Below, in pieces: positions 15,850 to 23,773 of a DNA stretch of 50,919 nt. The stretch comes from a virus, in the IMG/VR virus record IMGVR_UViG_3300032144_000015, positions 1 to 50,919 of that record; one strand, given 5' to 3'. The first letter of the stretch is position 1, and each line of letters starts with the position of its first letter. Under the pieces are notes generated by a model, which saw only the letters and a program-made list of their open reading frames with translations, ran no database searches and was not told the origin of the DNA. The position numbers were made by a program, and so were the translations under genes.

Positions 15850-17551
15850 TAATTTTTTCCTTTCAAAACCTTTTTTTTAGGCAATAGAGCCCCCCTTCTT
15901 TCTTGCGACCCCCCAGGCTGGGGATTAGGGGCCGCCGAAATACGAAACGTGATTTGGATTTTTCCTGATCTTTATGACTTCTGCTTGGGGTCTTTGTGGG
16001 CGATGAACTTCCACTAACTCTTTAGTCGCAAGAGTTCTCAGACCAAACCGAAAAAGAAGGAGGTAGACTACCCGAGCGTTGTTTTACCCCTCGGGTCATC
16101 CTAAGCCCCTGGTTCCTGGGTTTCAGGAACGCATAAGTCATTCAACCAGGTCCCGGTCAGGTTCAGCTGCCTTTAACCCAAGGTCCCCCGGTTATCACGC
16201 CCCACCGTAGCAGGCACGCCCAGGTTACCGGGTTAGAGGACAAGCCATGCCCTAACCGTATTGTGAGAAACGTCTATCCAACCAATCCAGGCACCGGCTA
16301 CCCCAGGGGGGGCCTACTCACCCGTGACAGATGGTAGGGCTTGTGTTCGGTTTCCAGGGGTATTTCATACCCGGCACCTTCCAAAGAATTGGCTAAACGC
16401 CTGGGGCTATTAACCCCAGCAGACCTAAAACCCCGTTTCATCCACCATGATTCTGGTCTTCCGAATCATGGTGCTTGGCATTCCTGTTAACGGTCGCAGC
16501 CGTCCCCGCACCGACCTCTTCGGATCGCTTTGTGTATCTGGGCCGACGCGTTGGAATTTCGGATCTGGGGCTTTCGGTGTAAACCTGCGCTTGCGTTTGA
16601 GCGGAATGTCGTGGCAGGATTTTCTTGCTTGATCTGCGGCTGACTAGCTGCTAGAAGCACAAAACCCTGCAGCTTCACTGCAGTCGAAAGCCTCAGAATC
16701 GAGTGTCTCCGGGTCGGCAAAACACAGAGGGCACAAAGATTCGAATAAGTTTGAAGGTTTTCGCTCGGTCCGCTGAAAATGGAAAGTGTTTTTTTCGGTC
16801 CGCCTAAATGTTCCCCAGCACTGTCTAGCTAGCAGCCTGGGGAAAATCCCCCTCCTCCGCCCCCTGGGAAATCCCTGTACAGAATGTACCAACCGAAATG
16901 ACGTCGCTACGGAACGCGACGCAAACGGGGTTTTTACCGCCCTCGTTTTTCCTGCCGAGGATTTACCGTCCTCGGCTTTAGCGCGTCTCAGAATCGAAGC
17001 TGGAGTGCCCCAGCGCGATTTCCGGGGCTGAGATCGGTTCGGGAAAAACCTCCGAACCCATCGGCTATGCAGTTTCTGCTTGGTTTATAGCATTTATGAC
17101 GGCATGCCAGACGCAGCGGATTTTTTTTCCTGAATCGATTTTTTCGTTTTACAACGTGCAATGCATACGGCATAACCGGCCATGCATTTTCGATGAAAAC
17201 CGTTCACCTGTATGCCGGGAAAAACTGGATTCATCGTTATGCTAAAGCGGACCGTTCCCGGCCGCACTCCGCATGCGTGCCCTGCCGGGCTGGAATAAAA
17301 AAACGCTGCCCAGGCTTGACTGCCGAAAGCGAGGAGGACCATGGGAACCAAGGCTGATCGAAGTAAACGCTATTCCTTCGATCGGCCCCAGGATCTCGGA
17401 CCATAGCAGCCAGGACGTTTTCACTGCGTTCTGCCTTAGCAGTGTGACGGCCGGCCCGTAAGCAGAACCGGGCCACGCGGTCATCGAAAATAGACGGCTG
17501 CACGACGATAGACGGAGGGCCTCCGCGAACTAGCACTCGGCTGGGGGCCCT
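15850..17551. ncRNA. Candidate large structured non-coding RNA(s) / non-coding control region (strand unresolved)
   Basis: No ORF >99 codons in any frame over 1.7 kb. The ORFs present are low-complexity and lack an RBS. Many perfect local helices are present (listed in the findings). No family could be assigned by eye. Confidence 0.35.
16954..16979 (+). terminator. Terminator-like hairpin inside the ORF-free region
   Basis: 8-bp stem gccgagga (16954-16961) / tcctcggc (16969-16976) followed by only ttt, so the U-tract is weak. Confidence 0.3.
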
Positions 17552-17579
17552 TTGACTTCACATTCATTATCACTAAAAA
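17552..17579 (+). promoter_or_regulatory. Sigma70-like promoter of the rightward arm
   Basis: TTGACT (17552-17557), a 16-nt spacer, then TAAAAA (17574-17579). GGAG at 17588 and ATG at 17603 follow. Confidence 0.5.
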
Positions 17580-17602
17580 ATTTTAACGGAGTGGAAAGTG
17601 TC

Positions 17603-18037
17603 ATGATCAGCACGCTGATCGAGGATATTAAAAAACAGCTAGGCGACTATAACGCGCAGATCGATCACATTAACCGTGATATCCGCGAGGCCCAGGACTT
17701 CGCGTGTAGCCTTGGATTCATCGGCAGAAAGGTTGAGATACCGCTCGACGACGATGGGACTGTTATGTATTTCGATCCGAACCGAGGAAAAAAAATCATG
17801 CTGTTCATGAAGCGTGGCGGCGATCGTGATTTCGATTCAGTCAAGCTCCATGAACGAATCGAATACCATAAGCACCTGCCGAAATTCCTCGACGCGCTGA
17901 AGAACGCGGCTATGCAGTTCATGCAGCAGAAACTGCCCGCAGATCGGAAAGCCGATCGAAAGGCGCTTGATCCTCTGGAACCCGACGACTTAAAGTGGAA
18001 CCAGATCACGACGAAGAAAACGAAGGGAATGTATTAG
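17603..18037 (+). CDS. Hypothetical protein (first rightward gene)
   Basis: Start re-picked to ATG 17603 (MISTLIEDIKKQL...) after GGAG. The ORF-track start at 17552 is a TTG inside the promoter. Confidence 0.55.
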   Translation: MISTLIEDIKKQLGDYNAQIDHINRDIREAQDFACSLGFIGRKVEIPLDDDGTVMYFDPNRGKKIMLFMKRGGDRDFDSVKLHERIEYHKHLPKFLDALKNAAMQFMQQKLPADRKADRKALDPLEPDDLKWNQITTKKTKGMY

Positions 18038-18144
18038 CCGTGCAGAAATTTGATAGAAAAATCCTCGAAACAGAAAAACGGGCTATCTCGAGGACCGCTT
18101 CAGCTAATAAGCCTCGATGAATTTATAGCGTAAAGGGAAAAAAC

Positions 18145-19167
18145 ATGAGCACTAAAACCCACAAAAAACTGGAACGCTTCGCCGAGCATGCTTTCAAGGG
18201 CGAGGCCTGCAGCTTCGTCCTCTATGAAAGTGCCGGCGAGATCCGCCGCGAAGGAAAGGAGGACGTCGCATACCTCCAACTATATAACGGGCATTTCTGG
18301 AACGCCGGCACTGGCCACGGCCAGCTGTCCTATCTCGGGCCCACGCCGGAAATAGCGGGCATGATGTATCACGCCTCGGAAACCGATGACACAGAGGAAT
18401 TCGAGGATTTCCCGGAGCACTCGCGAAAAATCCTCGAGGATATTTTCGACGACGGCGGAAGCGCGCTGCCGGGCGTGCTCGGCCAAATGATGAACGAGCT
18501 GATAGGTCATGAAGAACGGCCCCCGCTCGAGGAGCGTGTGAAGAAATATAACCCGCGTCCCATGCAGCCCTCGCTCGGAAAGCCGATTATGAATCAGCCG
18601 AAGGAATGGGACGAGCGGCTGCGCCAGGAACTGAGTAAGTGGGAAGTTATCGATCCAGTTACCATGCAGCGCCGGCCGGCCTATCCTGATAAGCCGCGCT
18701 ATGGCTTTCGCGCGTTCTGCACGCGCGCCCGGGAAATCCTGAGAACCGAAATCTCGTACGAAGTTTTTTCCCACGATGAAAACGACGAGACCACAGAATA
18801 CGCATGCCAGCTGGATCTCGGCTACGATAAGGACGGCGATCTGATTTCGTTCTACTTCGTTAAAGTCGGGAACGCCTACTATAACAGTAACGCCGGCCTT
18901 ATGCTCGAGGTTCTCGGCGTCGATCCGATCAAGGCTGCGCAGTTTTGGTGTCACTGCGAAGGATGGTGGAACCCGGAACCGGAGGACATGGGCAAGGATG
19001 ACTTCGATCCTGAATTCGATCACGATCATGATTACTGGGGCGATATCGACGAGGTCCAGCATGACAACCGGAATACGGTCTACTGGCCCTCGGAGTGGAC
19101 GGACATGATTAAGCGGAATCAGACGGAGGCGGCCCTGTATGAAAATGGACGGACAAAAAACCCATGA
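18145..19167 (+). CDS. Strongly acidic hypothetical protein
   Basis: 340 aa with RBS AAAGGGAAAAAA. Asp/Glu-rich runs (ETDDTEEFEDFPE; EPEDMGKDDFDPEFDHDHDYWGDIDE). The antisense 304-aa ORF is Arg/Val/Leu-rich and looks like a shadow ORF. Confidence 0.65.
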   Translation: MSTKTHKKLERFAEHAFKGEACSFVLYESAGEIRREGKEDVAYLQLYNGHFWNAGTGHGQLSYLGPTPEIAGMMYHASETDDTEEFEDFPEHSRKILEDIFDDGGSALPGVLGQMMNELIGHEERPPLEERVKKYNPRPMQPSLGKPIMNQPKEWDERLRQELSKWEVIDPVTMQRRPAYPDKPRYGFRAFCTRAREILRTEISYEVFSHDENDETTEYACQLDLGYDKDGDLISFYFVKVGNAYYNSNAGLMLEVLGVDPIKAAQFWCHCEGWWNPEPEDMGKDDFDPEFDHDHDYWGDIDEVQHDNRNTVYWPSEWTDMIKRNQTEAALYENGRTKNP

Positions 19168-19354
19168 CGCGATCTGTCGAATCGCTGCGCACACAGATCA
19201 GCCTTACGAGACCTGCAAGGCTGCTTTTTACGCTAATAATTGCGATGAAGTAAAGACGGTCGAACAGATGACAAAGGATGTTAAGCATGAATCAGGATTT
19301 TCCGCCGGCGTACTTTCAGGGACGGACACGCATAACCAGCGGTTCAAAATATGA
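19139..19354 (+). CDS. Hypothetical small protein (uncertain)
   Basis: 71-aa ORF overlapping both neighbours. No clear RBS. Confidence 0.3.
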   Translation: MKMDGQKTHDAICRIAAHTDQPYETCKAAFYANNCDEVKTVEQMTKDVKHESGFSAGVLSGTDTHNQRFKI

Positions 19355-20261
19355 AAACATGAAATTCGAAATACATGATCGTGATCATCACGGTTGGCGC
19401 GAGATGACTGAAGAAGAACGCGCAGCCTTTGTGCGCGAAAATCCTCAGCAGCCTATCAAATTTTCACCATGGTATTTCCTGGGCCGCGTGCGGCTTATGG
19501 TTACCAAGTTTACCAAGGATAAGGACACCAATGGCAGTAACTGCAGGCTGCAGATAAACGATAAACATTGCGGCTGGCGGGATTTCACTGAAGAAGAATA
19601 CGCAGCCTGGAAATTACACGATCAGCCCGGAACGCCAGTTCCAACTATCGCAGAGGAGTTTAGTAACGTGCTATCAGTCGAGGGAATCAGATCACTCTAT
19701 CAGAACCGCATTAAGGCAGCGTTCGAAAAAAATTTCGACGGTGTTCGAGAAATAAACATGCAGCTGGCCGAGGCGATACCCTATCTGCTTGGGCAGATCG
19801 ATGTCTATAAAGCCGGTGTCTTTACATCCCTGCCGAACGAACCGCAGCAGGACGAACCCCAGATCGATCCGCCCTTTCCATGGTCTGAAAGGCTTTCACA
19901 GTTTATAGATGAAATCACGGCGATCGAAGAAACGCCGACGCAGCTTTATTGGGAAAGTAAGCTATCGAAATCAGAGATCCTCTACGCACTTCGTATGCTG
20001 CTTAGGCAATACGTCCCTTCGATTCCTGGCCATAAGATACTCGACCGCCAGGGCTGGCAGCCGATTGAAAACTGGCAGGATCCTGGGGAACCTGACTGGG
20101 TTCTCGTATGGTCTCGGCGCGCTGACTTACCGAATGATGACCTTTACCCAAATGAAGCGGTCTGGAATCCGACGACGAAATGTTTCTATACCACAGACGA
20201 GGAATGGAAATTCCACGTAACCCACTTCATGCCGCTGCCGAGGGGCCCCCATGGCGAGTAA
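19287..20261 (+). CDS. Hypothetical protein with internal repeat and C-terminal DUF551-like domain
   Basis: ATG 19287, 8 nt after AAAGGA. Internal repeat HDRDHHGWREMTEEERAAF / NDKHCGWRDFTEEEYAAW. The C-terminus (GWQPIENWQDPGEPDWVLVW...VTHFMPLPRGP) fits the DUF551 pattern W...P...VLV...THWMPLP. Confidence 0.55.
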   Translation: MNQDFPPAYFQGRTRITSGSKYENMKFEIHDRDHHGWREMTEEERAAFVRENPQQPIKFSPWYFLGRVRLMVTKFTKDKDTNGSNCRLQINDKHCGWRDFTEEEYAAWKLHDQPGTPVPTIAEEFSNVLSVEGIRSLYQNRIKAAFEKNFDGVREINMQLAEAIPYLLGQIDVYKAGVFTSLPNEPQQDEPQIDPPFPWSERLSQFIDEITAIEETPTQLYWESKLSKSEILYALRMLLRQYVPSIPGHKILDRQGWQPIENWQDPGEPDWVLVWSRRADLPNDDLYPNEAVWNPTTKCFYTTDEEWKFHVTHFMPLPRGPHGE

Positions 20262-20484
20262 CATGAATTTATTCGACGCCATGGACCGCTACGATAGGGC
20301 CCTGAATAAAATTATCGAGCAGAAAGCCGCAGAGGCCAAGGCTGCTGGAATCAAAACCCCGCTCCTCCTATCCGACATTATGAAAACTATCGGCGACGTG
20401 CCGCTCGGCAATGGGATGGTAGCACGTCATTATGCGAATGGAAAAATGCGTTTCGAACCAGAGGATCCAGCCAAAGGATCATAG
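20251..20484 (+). CDS. Hypothetical protein
   Basis: 77-aa ORF overlapping the upstream gene end by 11 nt. Confidence 0.5.
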   Translation: MASNMNLFDAMDRYDRALNKIIEQKAAEAKAAGIKTPLLLSDIMKTIGDVPLGNGMVARHYANGKMRFEPEDPAKGS

Positions 20485-20538
20485 TTGCGGCTTACGATAT
20501 TTCCCCCTAAAATGGGGGAAATTTTTTGGAGTTTCCAA

Positions 20539-21213
20539 ATGAAAATCGTGAAGCAATTTCTCTTCATTGCCAGTATCGCTATTTCTGGATTTTCCCAGGC
20601 ACAAACGCCGACGCCATTGCCTGCATGCGATCCTCAAATCAAAGAAACTATCGCCCGTCGACTGAATGCGATCACCGCATTTTCTTATCAGGAGCAGCTT
20701 CGAATTCAGCAGCAGATCTATGATACCTATTTTTACTGCGCAGCAGACGGCGCCAGCGTTCCAACGACAGATCCGATTTACACTGCAGCTTCGCAGTGCG
20801 GGGCGAAAATTTCGTTTCTGGGCAGCACGTACTTCGAGGAACTAAGCTGCTGCGGCTATGATCCGCAGCGCCGGCAGTTCGCATGCCCGATCCGAATCAA
20901 ACAGGCATTTGGTTTTGGTGGCAGCCCGCTTCCGGGCAGCCGCGAGCACGTCCTTCACTGCATTCGCAACGTTGTAAATCAGTGGGTTCCTGTTTCGTTC
21001 GACAGCGTGCATTTATCGAATTCTGCTTTCGCCCCCAGCTGGCAGTTCGGAACTGTATCTGACGTGAATACATTTCTTCATTTAGTGCAGCCTATGAACG
21101 GTGTCGTAAGACAAGCCCGCACTATCTTATCCTGGGGCCTGCTGCCTACAGGATGTCAGTACCAACCTATTTGGGGAAATTCAATCGACTATCAGATTCG
21201 CCTCGATCAGTAA
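20539..21213 (+). CDS. Secreted Cys-rich protein
   Basis: Start re-picked to ATG 20539 (GGAG 8 nt upstream). Signal peptide MKIVKQFLFIASIAISGFSQA. The mature part has about 9 Cys, including a CC pair. Confidence 0.6.
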   Translation: MKIVKQFLFIASIAISGFSQAQTPTPLPACDPQIKETIARRLNAITAFSYQEQLRIQQQIYDTYFYCAADGASVPTTDPIYTAASQCGAKISFLGSTYFEELSCCGYDPQRRQFACPIRIKQAFGFGGSPLPGSREHVLHCIRNVVNQWVPVSFDSVHLSNSAFAPSWQFGTVSDVNTFLHLVQPMNGVVRQARTILSWGLLPTGCQYQPIWGNSIDYQIRLDQ

Positions 21214-21276
21214 AATCAATACGGTTTCCCCTGGCCTCTGTTACAATATTATGAAACAGATAAAGGGGAAGCCGCC

Positions 21277-21882
21277 ATGCTAGTCAGCAAATACATCATA
21301 GCAGGTCAGCCTGATCTGGCGGCCACACGGGCCGCTGGATTTGTGTTTCCAAGGGTTATGTCAAGTCCGGCCGTCATCGAGATCGAAAGGCTGTTTAATC
21401 AGCCCCTGGCCGACGGTGTCGTCGAAAACATGGCCGTGAACGCCAGCGTCGCTTCCCCTCGGACATTTCAGTATCAAGTGCCCGCCGATAAGTTTCTGAT
21501 CATTTCCGAGATAAACATGATCCTCGTCGATTCCGGCGTCTCGCTGGATCGCTTCGGCGGCCGCACGGCCCTCGTCGGCGGAGTGATCTGGCGCGTGGTG
21601 GACGGCGATAATAACCTCGTCTACACCTTTCGAAACAGTAACGATCCAGTCCTCCGAACGAATGCCGATTTCTACTCTGTGGCCGGCGGCCAGATCTCGA
21701 TCCAGCCTGGAGATGACAGCGTCACGGTCCTTTGGCGGCCGATCACGATCGGTGTCGTCGTGCTGATCAAAAGCGGTTATAAGCTGCAGATGGTTATCCG
21801 TGATGACCTTAGCGCGATGAAAACTTTCAAGGCCCAGGTGTTCGGCCGTCTGATCGAACCTGACTTTGTCCAGAACGTCTAA
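21277..21882 (+). CDS. Paralogue A of a tandem 201-aa beta-rich protein pair (unknown function)
   Basis: RBS AAAGGGGAAG, with the extended -10-like tgttacaat upstream. Shares NMAV(N/D)A, FQYxVPAxK, FGG, G(V/I)IWR(V/I)VD, KSG(Y/W)K(L/V)Q..RD and GR(L/I)..P with 21895-22500. Confidence 0.65.
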   Translation: MLVSKYIIAGQPDLAATRAAGFVFPRVMSSPAVIEIERLFNQPLADGVVENMAVNASVASPRTFQYQVPADKFLIISEINMILVDSGVSLDRFGGRTALVGGVIWRVVDGDNNLVYTFRNSNDPVLRTNADFYSVAGGQISIQPGDDSVTVLWRPITIGVVVLIKSGYKLQMVIRDDLSAMKTFKAQVFGRLIEPDFVQNV

Positions 21883-21894
21883 GGAGGAAGCGTC

Positions 21895-22500
21895 ATGCAG
21901 TTAAATCGCGATTTCATCGGCGCAGGTCCCAATGTAGCAGCTTCCCAGGCAGGAGGGGCCGCGTACTTTAAAGTCCAGACGTCGCCGTTTTTCCTCGAAA
22001 TGTCGGGCGACATGATCGTTCGTTTCCTGCTGAACGGATCCTCGAGAAACATGGCCGTGGACGCCACGCCCGCCGCGCCGGCCATTTTCCAGTACGTCGT
22101 GCCAGCTGGAAAATATTTCTCGATGAACGGGCTGAATCTCGTAATAGTCGATGACGCGATCTCGCCCCTGAAATTCGGTGGGATCGGTTCCGGGCCGCTG
22201 GCGAACGGAATCATATGGCGGATAGTCGATCAGTCGGACGCGCTCGTCATCAATTTCCACGCTGGCGTCAGTATCGTTTCAAATTACGAGTTTCATCATT
22301 TGATGAATGCCGATTTCGTCGTGACGCCGGCCCAGGACGTCATGCTCGTCAACTGGCGGTCGACAAGTTTCGGGGCTATGCCGATCCTGAAATCGGGCTG
22401 GAAAGTCCAGATTCTCGTCAGAGACGCCCTATCTCTCCTGGATCGCTTCGAGGCCTCGATCGTCGGACGGATCCTGGATCCAGTGACGTTCGCGGTCTAA
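21895..22500 (+). CDS. Paralogue B of the tandem 201-aa pair
   Basis: RBS AAGGAGGAAG. Same length and the same ordered motif set as 21277-21882 (roughly one third identity by eye). Confidence 0.65.
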   Translation: MQLNRDFIGAGPNVAASQAGGAAYFKVQTSPFFLEMSGDMIVRFLLNGSSRNMAVDATPAAPAIFQYVVPAGKYFSMNGLNLVIVDDAISPLKFGGIGSGPLANGIIWRIVDQSDALVINFHAGVSIVSNYEFHHLMNADFVVTPAQDVMLVNWRSTSFGAMPILKSGWKVQILVRDALSLLDRFEASIVGRILDPVTFAV

Positions 22501-23072
22501 AGATAGGCGCATAGACGCTTAAGGTTTTCGTCATGATCAGCCCAGGTCTCATTTACAAGAGTACGCGCGCCGAATACGCGCGCGGTTCCCCAGACTTTCC
22601 CTGCCTTGGATTTAAGCCATGCCCCGCTTTTAGCGTACGGTTTTTTCGAACCGCCCCGTTCGAGACGCAGTTCCTTCGAAGCTGTCAGGATAAGCACGAT
22701 CAGATCAGAGGAGTGATCGCGGCATGTCTTTAGAAAGTGCTGGCCGAACAGGCGGTCGCCCTCGAACAGGATCACCGTTTCCTTATGCGTGCTGGGACGG
22801 ATCGCTTTCAGGCTTTCGACGAAGCGTCTGGCGTCATCGAGGACATTCGTCGACAGACGGTCCGTTCCCCATGGTTCCGGTGGGCTGTCGCGCGTCTGGG
22901 GGGCGACGGGATACACACCGAGTATGATCAGATTATCTCTACTGATTCCTCTAAGCAGCCCGTAAGTGAACTGGCGGAATGATTCATAGCCGTACTGATC
23001 GATCAGGGACTTAACCAGAGTGGACTTTCCCGTTCCGGGTTCGCCCCCGATCGCTATGATTTTTTTCGTCAT
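22497..23072 (-). CDS. P-loop NTPase / small-molecule or nucleotide kinase-like protein
   Basis: 191 aa. Walker A IAIGGEPGTGKSTL and Walker B-like VILFEGDRLF. Size and layout resemble uridine-kinase/zeta-toxin-type kinases. Its stop overlaps the convergent paralogue B stop. Confidence 0.65.
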   Translation of the reverse strand: MTKKIIAIGGEPGTGKSTLVKSLIDQYGYESFRQFTYGLLRGISRDNLIILGVYPVAPQTRDSPPEPWGTDRLSTNVLDDARRFVESLKAIRPSTHKETVILFEGDRLFGQHFLKTCRDHSSDLIVLILTASKELRLERGGSKKPYAKSGAWLKSKAGKVWGTARVFGARTLVNETWADHDENLKRLCAYL

Positions 23073-23084
23073 GGCGCGCGCCTT

Positions 23085-23273
23085 TCAGGCCGATTTTGCG
23101 TTTTCAATCCTTTCGTTATGCAGGATCCGCGCGCGTTCGCCAAGGACTATCCGAATATAAAGAGACAGTTCCAGGCCGAGTTTACTCGCCTCAAGCTCCA
23201 GTTCCAGCGCCACGGCCTCGCTGATCGTGGCCCTGATCTGGAGGGTTTTCAGATTATCTTTATCGCCAGACAC
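23085..23273 (-). CDS. Ribbon-helix-helix (CopG/Arc-like) protein
   Basis: GTG start 6 nt after GGAGG. LKTLQIRATISEAVALELELEASKLGLELSLYIRIVL fits a beta strand plus two helices. Ends 12 nt upstream of the kinase-like gene. Confidence 0.5.
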   Translation of the reverse strand: MSGDKDNLKTLQIRATISEAVALELELEASKLGLELSLYIRIVLGERARILHNERIENAKSA

Positions 23274-23392
23274 AGGACACCTCCGATTATGAGCAGATCG
23301 ATCACGACGAAGTAGAGGTCATCGCGATTTCCCTTTCGTTCCAGTTCATCCGAATAAAGCAGGTTATGCCTATCGTCCTTATGCTGTTTCAT
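23249..23392 (-). CDS. Small membrane protein (47 aa; below the ORF-track cut-off)
   Basis: My translation from ATG 23392 (GGAG upstream) is MKQHKDDRHNLLYSDELERKGNRDDLYFVVIDLLIIGGVLCLAIKII. Its end overlaps the RHH gene start. Confidence 0.35.
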   Translation of the reverse strand: MKQHKDDRHNLLYSDELERKGNRDDLYFVVIDLLIIGGVLCLAIKII

Positions 23393-23438
23393 GGGTTTAC
23401 TCCGGTATTCAGGAGGGGGCCGCAGCCCCCGGGTTTAC

Positions 23439-23654
23439 TTAGGTCCGAAAGGTATGGCCGACGGCGCCCAGCTTATTCAGCGTCTCAGAGATACTCTTAC
23501 GGAAGCACTTACGTTCGCTGATCATGAAGTCGGTATACTTCTGGCCGTCGACGAACACGCCCCAGAAAATTCCGGTGTTCGTGGTTTTTACTTCGAAGGT
23601 TTTGCCGTTCACTGTGTGGGTCATTACTGTTTTGATGTATTCTGCGTTTGTCAT
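23439..23654 (-). CDS. Small hypothetical protein (71 aa) behind promoter-repeat copy 1
   Basis: AGGAGG 6 nt upstream of the ATG. Followed by the GC hairpin 23415-23430 (gggggc/gccccc). Confidence 0.6.
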   Translation of the reverse strand: MTNAEYIKTVMTHTVNGKTFEVKTTNTGIFWGVFVDGQKYTDFMISERKCFRKSISETLNKLGAVGHTFRT

Positions 23655-23671
23655 TTTGTCCTCCTGCGTTA

Positions 23672-23726
23672 CTTACAAAATACTTATCGACACATTCCGG
23701 CAAAACTTGAATGTTTTTTTCGGTAA
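23672..23726 (-). promoter_or_regulatory. Conserved ~55-bp promoter/operator element, copy 1 (drives 23439-23654)
   Basis: The minus strand reads TTACCGAAAAAAACATTCAAGTTTTGCCGGAATGTGTCGATAAGTATTTTGTAAG. It aligns end to end with copies 2 and 3. Confidence 0.5.
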
Positions 23727-23773
23727 TAAGCTTGAATTTGGCATGGGGGGCCTGTTTCAGCCCCCCCAGGTTT

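Noticed and set aside
17341-17406. 21-codon micro-ORF (MGTKADRSKRYSFDRPQDLGP) behind a strong GAGGAGG
   Set aside because: The SD-to-ATG spacing is only 3 nt and the ORF is very short, so it cannot be told apart from chance. The AAGGAGG at 16057-16063 likewise has no suitably spaced start codon.
16447-17536. Nine ORFs of 61-99 aa on both strands inside the ORF-free region
   Set aside because: They overlap one another in several frames, are Arg/Pro/Ser/Gly-rich and lack SD sequences at their starts. I therefore treat the region as non-coding.
18280-19194. 304-aa minus-strand ORF antisense to the acidic 340-aa gene
   Set aside because: It is Arg/Val/Ile/Phe-rich and low in complexity, has no RBS and would run against the whole rightward arm.
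23744-23768. G7/C7 hairpins after the small leftward genes as canonical intrinsic terminators
   Set aside because: On the transcribed (minus) strand they lack a following U-tract. I treat them as possible mRNA-stabilising or processing hairpins, not as confident terminators.
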